64,000 nucleotides of DNA from a virus (IMGVR_UViG_3300032030_000020:68670-132669); one strand, 5' to 3'. Numbered from the stretch's first letter, positions 1 to 10,875 are shown. A program made the numbers and translations. Notes: generated by a model not told the origin, from the letters alone.

Positions 1-162
1 TTTGATATATTCTTCGGGTATTTTGGTTGATCCGCCGTCGATACAAATAATAGCGCTAATGTTGTCAAAGTTTACGTTTTGTTGAATGGCAATGCTGTCT
101 AACAACGGTTTAACTACAGTCTTATCTTCGTTGTACATAGGAATTAAAATATCTAATTTCAT
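1..162 (-). CDS. Glycosyltransferase family 2 (GT-A fold), N-terminal part, truncated by window edge
   Basis: Manual translation MKLDILIPMYNEDKTVVKPLLDSIAIQ...IICIDGGST matches the GT2 N-terminal pattern (IPxYNE...IxxDGS); GGAGG RBS upstream. Confidence 0.8.
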   Translation of the reverse strand, partial: MKLDILIPMYNEDKTVVKPLLDSIAIQQNVNFDNISAIICIDGGSTKIPEEYIK

Positions 163-182
163 TATGATTAATCCTCCGTTTA

Positions 183-1052
183 TCAAATACCTACAAATCT
201 ATTTGAATAAGAGCTCCAGTAGTTTGCTGTTTTATAAGAATCAAGAAGAGATGCTGGAACATAAATACTACCATAATACCCAAGGTAAGATGATTTTGAT
301 ATGGGTGTGTTTAAAAACATGTTGGCACCGCCTGCACTTACAACGCTAGACCCAAGTAAATAAACAGCTGATAATTTAATGCAGCTTCCAAAAGCAAAGT
401 CATTAATATAAGTACAAGAAGGAAGGCTGATAGATGTAAGTTTTTTACAATTTTCAAACGCATAAGAAGCAATTGTTGTACAAGCAGGAATGCTTACTTC
501 AACAAGATTAGTGCACGCGTCAAATGCACAATCACTAATAATCCTAACATTAGGAAAATTTACAATCGTTAAATTAGAGCAATTATTAAAAGCCGAACTA
601 CTAATTAATGTACAATTAGGAAAACTTATATCGGCAAGAACCTTGCACATCCCAAATGCCGCTTTGTCAATAGTTGCGCAAGAAGGAAAGTTTGCAGTAA
701 CAAGACTTTCACAATCCATAAAAGCACCGGAACCAACTAATTCACAAGAAGGAAAATTAACAACAGAAAAACCACATCCCATAAATGCGCTACCGTTTAT
801 TTCAGTGCAAACAGGAAATGAAATGCTTGTTAAATAACTACACGAATAAAAGGCATACGATCCCACATATGAACACTTAGGAAAACTAACAGATGATAGT
901 ATTTTTTTTATTGATAAGGCAAAATAACTCGATGATGATCCATCTTGTATGCTTATTAAAAACCCATCAGAATAAGTGGCCCCATTAATATGTAAACCAT
1001 AAACATCTTCTTTTTTTTTAATTGCTTGTGGAAATGCATTAACAATACCCAT
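183..1052 (-). CDS. BspA/TpLRR-type leucine-rich repeat protein
   Basis: About 8 repeats of FPxCxxIxxxAFxxCxxL; start taken at ATG 1052 (ORF track extends to 1067). Confidence 0.85.
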   Translation of the reverse strand: MGIVNAFPQAIKKKEDVYGLHINGATYSDGFLISIQDGSSSSYFALSIKKILSSVSFPKCSYVGSYAFYSCSYLTSISFPVCTEINGSAFMGCGFSVVNFPSCELVGSGAFMDCESLVTANFPSCATIDKAAFGMCKVLADISFPNCTLISSSAFNNCSNLTIVNFPNVRIISDCAFDACTNLVEVSIPACTTIASYAFENCKKLTSISLPSCTYINDFAFGSCIKLSAVYLLGSSVVSAGGANMFLNTPISKSSYLGYYGSIYVPASLLDSYKTANYWSSYSNRFVGI

Positions 1053-1056
1053 CTTA

Positions 1057-2187
1057 TCACCCCACAATCAGTACCGAGATCGGAATATTGATCTCCGGTT
1101 CTTCACCATAACAGGTTAACGTAATTGAGTTATCCGTTTGTGCTGTGCACATAATTTTTGCTTGCGTTGCTGCATCTATTTCTTCGACCGTTGCTGTATT
1201 TGCTATGCCAACGACAAGATTTGTATTGGTATTGACACCGCTTACTGTAATTGATTGGGTAGGTGGCGTTGCACTAGACCAAGAACCTGCAGCCGCAGTG
1301 ACGATGGAGTTCTCGCTTGTAAAAGCCATTTTCTGAAGCGTCCATTGCCCCTTGTAATAAGTAAGCACAAACGGCCGGCTGAGCGTTTGACCATCGAAAT
1401 AATCCAAATGCGGATAAACATAACACGTAAAATTAGTATAACTGTAAGTAGATTCTCTTGAATAAACACTAATATATAACATCAAGCTTGTAGGACCATC
1501 TGAATCTATCAGTTCTGGCGCTTCTGCAACAGCTTTAGAATATATTAAAAATTCGCTTGTTGTTCGTGAAACGTAGCTAAGAATGCCTTGCTTCAGCTGA
1601 GCGAAACCCGTTACGAAACCGCTGTCAATGAATATGTCTATATTACTGTTTGTTAATACTTTCTCTCCGCCGGAATATAAGCAGCCATCGGTTCCAACAT
1701 ACGCCGTATCATGAGAATAGGTCTGCGGATTCGCGCCCTGAGATGTAGCACCCACAAGAAATATTTTGGAAGAAGTATCTGTAGCTCCCGCCGTGTTTTT
1801 TGTGTCCGTATTTGGATTCGCAGGAATTTTACCGGACGTTACAGAAAGCCCTGTCACGTGACCTTTTCCGTCTGTGTTAAGGGTTACGCCTTTTACCACG
1901 TCAATGCTCCATGCAGCTGTCGCCCCTGAAGCAGAAGCAGTCTTGTCAGAACCGGAAGCCGTAGCAGGGGTATAATGATTCGCGGAACTCGTAACCTTCG
2001 TATCTGTAAATACAGCCCCAGAAGGCACAGAAGTAGCAATGGTGTAGCCGCTGTCTTTGATGGTTTTGCCAGTCGTTCCGTCAAACGTAGCGACCCGATT
2101 TGCCGTCGCAGATGCAGGGCCTTTGACAAATAAAGATTCCAGTTTTGTCTTAAATCTCTGCAGCCCGGATAAATCTAAGAATGCCAT
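1057..2187 (-). CDS. Tail fibre / virion appendage protein
   Basis: Thr/Ser/Gly-rich; starts MAFLDLSGLQRF; contains DGTTGKTIKDSG and DGKGHVTG fibre-type motifs; lies in the distal tail cluster. Confidence 0.6.
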   Translation of the reverse strand: MAFLDLSGLQRFKTKLESLFVKGPASATANRVATFDGTTGKTIKDSGYTIATSVPSGAVFTDTKVTSSANHYTPATASGSDKTASASGATAAWSIDVVKGVTLNTDGKGHVTGLSVTSGKIPANPNTDTKNTAGATDTSSKIFLVGATSQGANPQTYSHDTAYVGTDGCLYSGGEKVLTNSNIDIFIDSGFVTGFAQLKQGILSYVSRTTSEFLIYSKAVAEAPELIDSDGPTSLMLYISVYSRESTYSYTNFTCYVYPHLDYFDGQTLSRPFVLTYYKGQWTLQKMAFTSENSIVTAAAGSWSSATPPTQSITVSGVNTNTNLVVGIANTATVEEIDAATQAKIMCTAQTDNSITLTCYGEEPEINIPISVLIVG

Positions 2188-2203
2188 TCACGTCACTCCT
2201 TTC

Positions 2204-2461
2204 TTAGAATCTAGGAATTTGATTCATTGTGTTTTGGATCTCCTGATCGGAGATATGTCTAGTTTGTTTCAAATACTGAAGCATTTGATTCGGATCATTT
2301 CGCATATACATAGGAATGTCAGGAAAAGCCTGTAGAATAACCGGCATAGGGTTATGCATAGCCTGCATTACCTGGTTCATTCTTTGCATAGGTGTTGTAA
2401 CAGATTGTACCGGCGGCCGATTCGTAGGGTTGCTCATGTATGCGTTGTAAAGCTCATTCAT
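2204..2461 (-). CDS. Hypothetical protein (Met/Gln/Pro-rich)
   Basis: 85-aa ORF translationally coupled to neighbours. Confidence 0.6.
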   Translation of the reverse strand: MNELYNAYMSNPTNRPPVQSVTTPMQRMNQVMQAMHNPMPVILQAFPDIPMYMRNDPNQMLQYLKQTRHISDQEIQNTMNQIPRF

Positions 2462-2871
2462 CGGTTGCCACCCCGATTTCCATTGTTCTGCATAGACCGA
2501 GAAAGATTATGTAGTTCTTCTTTCAGTTCGTCAAAATCACTTTTCAGTTCGTCAAAATCTTTCTTTACAATATACTGCGTATCGCCGGATATATTATTGG
2601 GCAGCAACGCAGGGTTAGTGCGTTCCTTGATTGTGTAGTTGATCTCCTGCATGGGATTAGCCATGCCGATAGAGTTCCAACTCTTTAACCAGATGCGCTT
2701 TTCAGAGTTGTCCCATAAGGCAATAGGTGTTTCCGGCGGCCACCCCTGAGGCATCTGGAAAGCCTTGGCTCCGACTTCCCCGTCCACCCATTCCATTGAT
2801 TTAATGTTAGACGTATAAGACTGTGCCTGCGGATACATGTAAGGATATTGCGGATAATTGTAATAAGTCAT
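2458..2871 (-). CDS. Hypothetical protein with C-terminal coiled coil
   Basis: 137-aa ORF; GGGGAG RBS; DFDELK repeat. Confidence 0.65.
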   Translation of the reverse strand: MTYYNYPQYPYMYPQAQSYTSNIKSMEWVDGEVGAKAFQMPQGWPPETPIALWDNSEKRIWLKSWNSIGMANPMQEINYTIKERTNPALLPNNISGDTQYIVKKDFDELKSDFDELKEELHNLSRSMQNNGNRGGNR

Positions 2872-2883
2872 ATATACTCCCCC

Positions 2884-3258
2884 TTATTCTATTCTCCAAA
2901 AGAATGACGCAATTTCAGAACCGGAATCCCAGCTGTCATAATAATTTCCGTTGATGACTGCGACAGCGTGAGATCCGGTTCCGATAATAAAGATTCCATA
3001 TAAAAAGCTTTGAGAGAATTCTTTGATTGTAAGACAACGCGGACATTGATTCGGTAGAACAAACGGTTCGAATCCTTTAAGGTATAGGTATTTACCCCAA
3101 ACCGCATCCGCAGACGGCATGTTAAACTCCGCTCTTGCAACGGAATAAAGCTCGTCAAAAGTTTGAATCCACGGCTGATTCAAAGCAATCGATATGGCCC
3201 GAACTACACAGTCTGGGACTTCTTTGTTTAGAGGATTGGGGTTTGCTTTAATCCACAT
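2884..3258 (-). CDS. Putative papain-like (Cys-His-Asp) protein
   Basis: DCVVRAIS...GSHAVAV...YYDSWDS motif order. Confidence 0.55.
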   Translation of the reverse strand: MWIKANPNPLNKEVPDCVVRAISIALNQPWIQTFDELYSVARAEFNMPSADAVWGKYLYLKGFEPFVLPNQCPRCLTIKEFSQSFLYGIFIIGTGSHAVAVINGNYYDSWDSGSEIASFFWRIE

Positions 3259-4622
3259 TAAAACATGGCGTCGATTTCAGCATCTGTAATAGCCGTGCCA
3301 ATGCTATCGACTTCATCCTGCAGGTCGGAAATATCGCTGTTGATTGTTGCGATGGAAGACGACAACCCTGAGATATTCGTATTGATAGTTTGGATTTTCC
3401 CGTTTGTACTTTCGACAAAATTCGAAACGGATACGGGATCTTGAGCAGACGAATCAATCAGAATACCTGTTCCGTCTAATGTAACATCTCCACCCATTCC
3501 GTTAACAGACCTTACAGAACCATCGCCGTTCACGCCGGAATAAGAAACGTTATATAAGACAGTAGTTTGTCCGCCACCCCATTGGAACGTTGTCTTGCTC
3601 CATGTATATTTGCCTTGTTCCGGGTTGGGTGTTGCAGTCCACGTCCCTGCTGTTGGGTGGTCTCGACCGTTCGTGCTGTTCTGATAAACTACCGTACCGT
3701 CCTGCACGACATCTCCAAACTCAGCGATTTTCTGAACCATATACTCAGAATAATATTTTGAGTTGTTGTGATAGGTTGGATCTGTTGTTGGAACATTGGT
3801 GCCGCCGCGCTGTCCTACAGCCCACGCTTCTGCATTTCTTGAGTTTGCGAGTGCGTTTGTTTCAGCTGTACTTGCATTAGTCGCAGACGTAGAAGCTGAA
3901 CTGCTTGCGCTCAGAGCGCTATCTTTTGCAGAAACAGCAGATGCTGCACTGTTTGCAGCATTTGTTTCCGCTTGAATTGCTCTGTCTTTTGCTGACACAG
4001 CTTCGTCCTTCGCTGTCTCTGTCGCAGTCTTGGCGGCTTGCGCAGCCGTGTTAGCTGCTTCTGCTGTGGTCTTCGCTGTTTCTGCCAGCCCATGAGCCGT
4101 CTCTGCTTTATTTTGTGCAGTTTCGGCTTTTGTTTGTGCGGTTTCAGCTTGACTTTTTGCTGTTTCGGCTGCGGTCTCTGCTCTTTCGGCGCTTTGTTGT
4201 GCTGCGACAGCACTTTCGGACGCTTGTTCGGCGTAGACTTGCGCTGTTTCTGCGCCTTGTTGATGTGTGCATGCAACTTCAGAATAGTACTTTGCGTTGT
4301 TGTGATATGTATCGTCGGCAGATGAGACATCCACATTCAACCTTTTTCCTGTTGCCCATGCTTCTGCATCTAAAGCTCGCTGTGAAACTTCAGCAATATG
4401 TTCAACCCATTCTTCCTGAGTCCCTTCGTACCCTTCTGAAACAGCAATTGCATAAGAAGAAACTGGGCCAAGGTTTTGTGTTAAGCCGTCAATATACTCC
4501 GCATACAATTGTCCGACATTTCCAGTTGACACACCGTCTCCAATCCAGACACGGATGACACCACGGTATAGCGTGACGTATTCTTGGAAGGTTGGATAAA
4601 AAGTATAAACTGATTCAGCCAT
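3258..4622 (-). CDS. Tail fibre protein with Ala/Thr-rich coiled-coil repeats
   Basis: AETA/AQTK repeats; duplicated AEAWA..G...YHNNxKYYSE module; VRSVNGMGGDVTL fibre motif. Confidence 0.7.
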   Translation of the reverse strand: MAESVYTFYPTFQEYVTLYRGVIRVWIGDGVSTGNVGQLYAEYIDGLTQNLGPVSSYAIAVSEGYEGTQEEWVEHIAEVSQRALDAEAWATGKRLNVDVSSADDTYHNNAKYYSEVACTHQQGAETAQVYAEQASESAVAAQQSAERAETAAETAKSQAETAQTKAETAQNKAETAHGLAETAKTTAEAANTAAQAAKTATETAKDEAVSAKDRAIQAETNAANSAASAVSAKDSALSASSSASTSATNASTAETNALANSRNAEAWAVGQRGGTNVPTTDPTYHNNSKYYSEYMVQKIAEFGDVVQDGTVVYQNSTNGRDHPTAGTWTATPNPEQGKYTWSKTTFQWGGGQTTVLYNVSYSGVNGDGSVRSVNGMGGDVTLDGTGILIDSSAQDPVSVSNFVESTNGKIQTINTNISGLSSSIATINSDISDLQDEVDSIGTAITDAEIDAMF

Positions 4623-5227
4623 TATTCATCACCGCCCACCATAACAAACCCTGCAGGATTTGAATAAATAGTCGAACCGGCAACGTCCATTATTGCGCAG
4701 CGATACTTATTATGGGCGATCGCTTCTTGTGTTGCCAATGTGGTGTACGTGGAACTGCGAGCGTCTGAGATATCTGTGAACTCCGCTTCGTCGACAGAAA
4801 TTTGCCATTGATACTTTGCGACTCCGACCGCTCCAATTGAGAATGTTGCTTCCTGTCCTATCGATGTGACCGTCCAGTCAACAGGCTGTACAATGATTTG
4901 CATAGAATCAGGTTGCATAATTTCACGAAGATATTGCACATAACTGCTTGAACTCAACTCTCTCGAAGAATGCCGTGTTCCTTGGTTGGTATAAACATTT
5001 AACTGTATTGTTATTTCTTCGTCGTCTGCAAACAGCAGGCTTTCTTCCTGAGTTAACTGAAATTCAATACTTGTAATGTGCTGATCTTTTGCGATAAACC
5101 CGTAGGTGATGGTTTTCTCGAAAACAATACTTTCTTGTTGCTTATAAGACACGACAACTTTGTTGAGTTCGTTTGCTGCAAAGGGAATTATGAAGGCGTG
5201 TGTTATAGTCTCGCCGGGTGTAAACAC
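4622..5227 (-). CDS. Baseplate/upper baseplate-like protein with C-terminal Ig-like domain
   Basis: LTQEESL motif, then YQWQ...YRC Ig-like signature. Confidence 0.55.
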   Translation of the reverse strand: MFTPGETITHAFIIPFAANELNKVVVSYKQQESIVFEKTITYGFIAKDQHITSIEFQLTQEESLLFADDEEITIQLNVYTNQGTRHSSRELSSSSYVQYLREIMQPDSMQIIVQPVDWTVTSIGQEATFSIGAVGVAKYQWQISVDEAEFTDISDARSSTYTTLATQEAIAHNKYRCAIMDVAGSTIYSNPAGFVMVGGDE

Positions 5228-5252
5228 GCTGCATCACTTCCTTTCTGCGTGT

Positions 5253-5621
5253 TTATTCGAAATTAAAAAAACAAGACAACGATTCGATGTCTTGGATAGA
5301 TAAATTAAACGATCCGTCAAGATGGATCGTCTTTGGCGTATAATCAATGTTGACTTCCATACAATCAAGTTCGTTAAGCTTTTTAAGACACTCAATTCGC
5401 TTGTTTGCATCTTCTATGAACCATCCGCTGTTTTCTGTTCTTTTTGCGTCGAAGCTTTGAAGAATTTTCAGCTGTTCTTCAACTTGGAATTCGTATTGTT
5501 CCTTGCAAAGCTTTTTGACCTTGAAAAACAACAAAGCAATATTGGAAGGAATGCAAAGGTCCTTGGATATGTTCTCCAACGTTTTATATGCGTCAACAAA
5601 TTCTTTTTGTTTAATCTTCAT
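5253..5621 (-). CDS. Hypothetical tail-associated protein
   Basis: 122-aa ORF directly after Tal; AGGAG RBS. Confidence 0.6.
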   Translation of the reverse strand: MKIKQKEFVDAYKTLENISKDLCIPSNIALLFFKVKKLCKEQYEFQVEEQLKILQSFDAKRTENSGWFIEDANKRIECLKKLNELDCMEVNIDYTPKTIHLDGSFNLSIQDIESLSCFFNFE

Positions 5622-5632
5622 AATGAACTCCT

Positions 5633-8600
5633 TTATACGATAACCTGTACATATTCTTCAGCGGTTTCACTCCATACAAACAAGTTGCGAATATACGCAT
5701 AAGAATCAGTATCTTGTGCGAGCAAACTAAAACAAGTAACAGCTCCGCCGTTTACGGTTGTTGTATTCACGCCGCTATCAAACGTGGCGTAACCAGCACG
5801 CCCAACATACGTCTTGCCATTGTCAAGTGTAATTCCTGTAGGATCTAGGGTTACTGTTCCGTTTGTGTTACTTAGCGCTAAACCGCCTGCTGCGCTTAGC
5901 CACGTATTTCCATCTTCTGAAGTCAGTAATCCACTATCGTCTGTATACCATTTGCCAATACGTGCTTTTCCGTCTCCTTGTATTTCAAATGACGTATTTT
6001 CGCCGCCGTTACCGATGGAGAATGTTCCGCCTGTTTCGATGTTAAAATTGCTGACAGCCGAAATAGATACTTCGTTTTCATTAACAGAAAAGTTATCCGT
6101 AGCAATAACAAGCTTGCCATCTCCATTTGCGTTAAGCTTAAAGTTGTCTGTGTCGATTCTGATCTTGTCTGTTCCGGCAAAAGACAACGTGCCATCTCCA
6201 CTGACGGATATGCCGGCTCCAGTAATGAAATCTTGAAACTCATTAACAGTATATGCGGACATATTAACAGAACCGTCGTCCTGGAACAGCCGTGTCTTTG
6301 TTGAGAACTTTGTATCCATAGCGCTATAATCACTGTTGTACTCCACAAGAAACCCATCAAAATCTGCTTGAAGCATATATCCTTTTGATTCTATAACGCC
6401 ATTGGTGTATTCGGAGATGGATTTGTCACCAATATATAATTTCTTGGCAATTAAGGTTCCGTCATTTTGAAGCTGATAGTCGTAACTTCCACCGGAATAA
6501 GAACCGGAATGAATTACGGGATCAGTACTCTCAGACGATCCTGCGTCTATATACATATCTCCTTTGTGCATGCCGGAACTGTCAATAATCCAGCCGCCAA
6601 TCTTACCGTCTGTTGCGGTAATTGTGCCGCTGAATTCTCCTGTTGAAGCATACAAAGATCCATCTTTCAAGAGTCTAAAAGGAGCATTGGCATAAGTCTC
6701 GCTTCCAGCGTAGATGACGTATTCCTGATTGGCATCAGAATTCAGTTCTACATAGCTTGTGCTTGCACCGGAGTGCAATTGTCCTTCTTTAATTGTCCAG
6801 CCGCCGATGGTTCCTTCGTCAGTAATAATTTCTCCCAGAAAGTCTGCATGATATTGGCCGTCTTCGCCTTTGTAGATGTTCAGGTTGTTAGATCTTATGG
6901 TAAGCTCTGCGCCCGATTCTATGGAGAAATTCCCCCCGGACTTCAGGGAGAAATCGGAACCTGCTTGCATGTTGATTACGCCGCCAGACAAAACATTGAT
7001 CGCTGCAGGATTGTCATTGTCACCGGCTTTGATTTCAATTAATGCATCTGTCGTCAGCAAGCTCCCCGCTGGGCGATCACCGTCAATCGTAGCAAACAAT
7101 TCCAAAGCTTTATTGCTTCCGATTTCAAGTTCCTGTCCGACTGAAGAATGAAGCTTGTCTGCTGTAATGGCTCCTGCTTCGATAAGTTTTGCCCTAAGAG
7201 TACCCGTGGTAATGACATCTGCCGTCAATCCGAGACCGGTCATGCTGTTGTTCCATTCCCAGTCTCCATCGGAATTCTTGCTTGAAGCAATTCCAAAGCC
7301 AGAGCCCGTTATTTTCATTGCAGACATATCGTCGGCGGATTCAAAGATCATTGCACCCTGATCGTCTGTATACCAGTTTGTAGCACCGCTGTTTAACTTA
7401 TTTGCATTAAGCTGAATAGTGCCTTGAAGCTTCTGCGTAACAACTTCGCCTTTAGGCCCTAAGGTAGACGCTCTTTCATATATTTCCTGCCGTGCTTTCG
7501 TCTGGTTTGCAATGTCCGCAATGCGGGACATAACGTCTGTAAAACTATGCTGTCCAATCAGAGAAAGGTTGGTATTCAAGGTGATATTTGTCAGCCAAGG
7601 CTTGTCATAGCACTTGTCGACTTTATCGAGATATGCCCATAGATTGACATTGATTTCTGGGTCAATCAGATGTGCCGCGTCGGTATCTTGAACGTCCGGC
7701 CATTTTGCATCGTTGTCTTCTGAAATATCTTCCGCTTCATACAAATCAAGAAATTCTACGTCGTAAGTAGCTTCTGGTTTGGCGATCTCCATAAGGTTAT
7801 CCAAAGTGTCTTTGTAAAGCTTGGCTTCGTCGCCTTCCACGTAGTCCGGATTCTGCCACCAACCTTCACGATATACATCGCCTAATAACTCAGAAAGTTC
7901 ATTGTTCTTGTCGTTTACAACTTTTTGAGCCGCCAATAGGGAAGGAAGGTAATTCTCGTATGCTTCGTCTGTTAGATCAGCAAATTGCTTTGTGAGAAAA
8001 TTAATGCCTTTCAAAAGGCCGGAAGGAACAATATCTTCAAGTACGGTATATAATTTATCGTCAACATAGATTAGTTTATTGTAGTTATATACACGCACGT
8101 AATGAGTGCTTTCAGGAAGAGTAGGCGACGCAATTCTTAAAAAATAAGCGTGTTTCGGAGAACGGAAGGAAGTCGCTTCAGAAGTGTAGTATATTCCGAT
8201 CAACTCTTTGTGATGATCGTAGATAAAGATCTTACTTCCTTCAGGCAAATTAAACTCGTAATTAGTTAGTTCATAGATACTGATATTGTAGGATCTCTTC
8301 CAGTCCTTATTTGTTTCGTCGGCTCCTTGATTGTTGATTGTGCCGGTTGCGAAATTAATACCTGCGATAAGGTTTTCGGAAGGGTACTCTACTGTATCAA
8401 ACGGTTTGGTATCTACAGAGACAATCGAATTTACATCTTCGGCCTGATAAACTGTGTATTCTGTTGTGTCAACCAACGGTCTGATAGGCTCTGGGTAAAT
8501 GTTGTTCGGCCGGTCAGTCGTAAACACCCAATAGAAACCAAAATCAGTACGAATGGCGTAGTTGCCAGGTTCTCCAATAGGGGTATTGACTGTGTATTTC

Positions 8601-10858
8601 TCGTACAATCCCTTATACAACATATCCCGCCGCAGACAATAGTAGTTGACTTTACTGAATTGGTTTGCAATACGTTTGTCGTCGGTGGAATTCCATTGTT
8701 TCCAAACGCCATTTTCTTTATGAAAGAACTCTTTGGTTTTGGTGTTTAGGAAATACTCTCCATCTTCACCTTCCGGTTCTGTCATCTGGCAATACGCTTT
8801 CTTCCATTTTCGGTCACCCATATATCCATAACAGAAATACAGTTTTCCGATATCGTAATTGAACGGGTTGTAAAGATAACACCATCCATAACTATTCTCA
8901 ATGGCAGAAATAGAAGTCGTAGGTGTGCCCGTATCTATTTCAAAATATGTTGGGTGTGTTTCTGTAACAGTTTTAGTAGAGTTGGTGAGTGTTTGTACGG
9001 CAGCTTCATCTTCTACTTGCTTGGCACCAAGATATCCTGTCATGCTCTTTGTACACAAGAGATAGAACCTGTCCGTAGGCTGAAGTTCAGGAACGTCCCG
9101 ATAGTCTATCCATAAAGTGAAATACTCCGGCTGTCCTTCGCTGATTCCGTACACGTAATCGTCGCAGATTTTTGTTTCTACACCGTCAATGGTTTCGTAG
9201 TGGTATCTTTCATCGATCTGATGAACATACGCCATTTCCCATGTTACAGGCTCGGTATCATGCACGATAAACAGCACGCTTCCAGCTCCAGAAACAGGGT
9301 CGCCGTTTTCTTTTAATTTGTTGACGGCGTGCCACGTAAAACGATTCCGTCTTGCTGCGTCGTAGTCCGTGCGATAGATAACATATGGTTCGTCATTATT
9401 CTGGATCATAGCTTTCCTTGCTTCCAATAACTGAATGGCGGTTTCTTTGTCCGTCCTTTCCGATTCAGCAATCTCTTGGATTTCAGCATCAATGGCTTCG
9501 ATCCTGTGAGAACTGTTTTGGGAAAGGTTCACTCTCAGCACACCATTCTCAGCTCTTGCATAGGAAGTGATGTCAAGCTTGGCTAAGCCTGTCATAGACT
9601 CGGCCGTGATGCTGACTTCGTTTTCCTTTAAGGTAAAAGCCTTGGAAGCTTCTTCGGCCTTGATCAGAAACTCCGGCATGTTTCTCTGGAATTCTGCGAT
9701 CTTCTGAAACATTTCTTCAGAAAGCAATCCTACTTCGTCGAAGTAATCGAAGTCTAACAGGTAAGGGAAGTGGTTCTCTACCGCTTCTGGAATAACATCT
9801 GCCAATAGCATAGGAGATGATACGGGTTCATTTGTTATTCGATAGGCATGATCGTGCCATACATAACTTCTGGAAGTCGGGTCCATATCTGACCAGATGT
9901 ATTCTCCTGCTTCTCCGGCCGTGAAATAATGAGCAATATGGTCAATGTCGTAAAACTTGTATTCGATATTCGGTGTTTCGATATTGAACTTATACTCGTT
10001 ATGTTTGACCTTCTGAAGACTGCATAGCCCGTCTGTTGTATCTCCATACGATCCGTAAGCATAAAGCTTGGAAACAAGGTTCTCTGTATTTAGTGTTCTG
10101 GAAATACCTTTGACGTTCTTGTCGTAATGCAGCTCAATAATATTGGTGCCTTGCTGCACGATAGATGGTATTTCTCCCGGCTCAAGACGAATAGGACGGC
10201 CTGCATAGATATGTCCGTCTTCCACTCTCACTTCTCTTGCAAAGGGATTTAACGGGAGAATATCTACTGTCTTTGTATCTCCGTGAAAAATGGGCTTGGC
10301 TTCAAACAGTTCACACATCATGGTAATCAGTTTGAATGCACCTGTTTTTGCGGAAGCCTTCATGGATCTTACTTTCTCAGTAACGCCGTCGTCTTCATAA
10401 AAGGTTGCCACGTTACCAGGTGTCCATCCAGTACCTTCAAGAACGGTTGTCAGGATGCTCAAAGCCGTGCCGACGTTATTTCCTTCTTCGTCTGAGAACT
10501 CAAGGTCAAGATTCTTCATCTTTAACCTTTGAGAGATATGTCCGGCCGTAACGTTAATATCTTTGGAAAAAGCTTTATGTGTAATCTTTTCTCCAGACAA
10601 AACATACCAGTCTGTTTCGTAGTCGTCTTCAAATCGGATCTTGTAATCCGCAATCAGATACCGTAAGCGATAGTTTTCTTCTTCGCCGCTATCTCCGTGC
10701 ATTACAGAAGGAACCGAAAAAGATAACTCTTTCCATCCGTTGCGCTCAGAAATCCGATGGACGTCATACGCTTGGCCGCTTACATCTGTTCTGTTGTCGT
10801 ATAAATCGCATACGACCTTATCGTTGTAGTCACATATAGCCAGCGTTAGTTTTCGCAT
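5633..10858 (-). CDS. Tal / baseplate hub and central tail spike protein
   Basis: ~1740 aa after Dit; prophage-tail endopeptidase-like N-terminus (KLYAYG); ADVITTGTL..I.AGAITADKL and GKIGGW beta-repeats. Confidence 0.8.
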   Translation of the reverse strand: MRKLTLAICDYNDKVVCDLYDNRTDVSGQAYDVHRISERNGWKELSFSVPSVMHGDSGEEENYRLRYLIADYKIRFEDDYETDWYVLSGEKITHKAFSKDINVTAGHISQRLKMKNLDLEFSDEEGNNVGTALSILTTVLEGTGWTPGNVATFYEDDGVTEKVRSMKASAKTGAFKLITMMCELFEAKPIFHGDTKTVDILPLNPFAREVRVEDGHIYAGRPIRLEPGEIPSIVQQGTNIIELHYDKNVKGISRTLNTENLVSKLYAYGSYGDTTDGLCSLQKVKHNEYKFNIETPNIEYKFYDIDHIAHYFTAGEAGEYIWSDMDPTSRSYVWHDHAYRITNEPVSSPMLLADVIPEAVENHFPYLLDFDYFDEVGLLSEEMFQKIAEFQRNMPEFLIKAEEASKAFTLKENEVSITAESMTGLAKLDITSYARAENGVLRVNLSQNSSHRIEAIDAEIQEIAESERTDKETAIQLLEARKAMIQNNDEPYVIYRTDYDAARRNRFTWHAVNKLKENGDPVSGAGSVLFIVHDTEPVTWEMAYVHQIDERYHYETIDGVETKICDDYVYGISEGQPEYFTLWIDYRDVPELQPTDRFYLLCTKSMTGYLGAKQVEDEAAVQTLTNSTKTVTETHPTYFEIDTGTPTTSISAIENSYGWCYLYNPFNYDIGKLYFCYGYMGDRKWKKAYCQMTEPEGEDGEYFLNTKTKEFFHKENGVWKQWNSTDDKRIANQFSKVNYYCLRRDMLYKGLYEKYTVNTPIGEPGNYAIRTDFGFYWVFTTDRPNNIYPEPIRPLVDTTEYTVYQAEDVNSIVSVDTKPFDTVEYPSENLIAGINFATGTINNQGADETNKDWKRSYNISIYELTNYEFNLPEGSKIFIYDHHKELIGIYYTSEATSFRSPKHAYFLRIASPTLPESTHYVRVYNYNKLIYVDDKLYTVLEDIVPSGLLKGINFLTKQFADLTDEAYENYLPSLLAAQKVVNDKNNELSELLGDVYREGWWQNPDYVEGDEAKLYKDTLDNLMEIAKPEATYDVEFLDLYEAEDISEDNDAKWPDVQDTDAAHLIDPEINVNLWAYLDKVDKCYDKPWLTNITLNTNLSLIGQHSFTDVMSRIADIANQTKARQEIYERASTLGPKGEVVTQKLQGTIQLNANKLNSGATNWYTDDQGAMIFESADDMSAMKITGSGFGIASSKNSDGDWEWNNSMTGLGLTADVITTGTLRAKLIEAGAITADKLHSSVGQELEIGSNKALELFATIDGDRPAGSLLTTDALIEIKAGDNDNPAAINVLSGGVINMQAGSDFSLKSGGNFSIESGAELTIRSNNLNIYKGEDGQYHADFLGEIITDEGTIGGWTIKEGQLHSGASTSYVELNSDANQEYVIYAGSETYANAPFRLLKDGSLYASTGEFSGTITATDGKIGGWIIDSSGMHKGDMYIDAGSSESTDPVIHSGSYSGGSYDYQLQNDGTLIAKKLYIGDKSISEYTNGVIESKGYMLQADFDGFLVEYNSDYSAMDTKFSTKTRLFQDDGSVNMSAYTVNEFQDFITGAGISVSGDGTLSFAGTDKIRIDTDNFKLNANGDGKLVIATDNFSVNENEVSISAVSNFNIETGGTFSIGNGGENTSFEIQGDGKARIGKWYTDDSGLLTSEDGNTWLSAAGGLALSNTNGTVTLDPTGITLDNGKTYVGRAGYATFDSGVNTTTVNGGAVTCFSLLAQDTDSYAYIRNLFVWSETAEEYVQVIV

Positions 10859-10875
10859 CCTTCTCACTTCCTTCT

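Noticed and set aside
183-2187. Diversity-generating retroelement targeting the LRR or fibre genes
   Set aside because: No reverse transcriptase and no adenine-variant template/variable repeat pair seen in this window.
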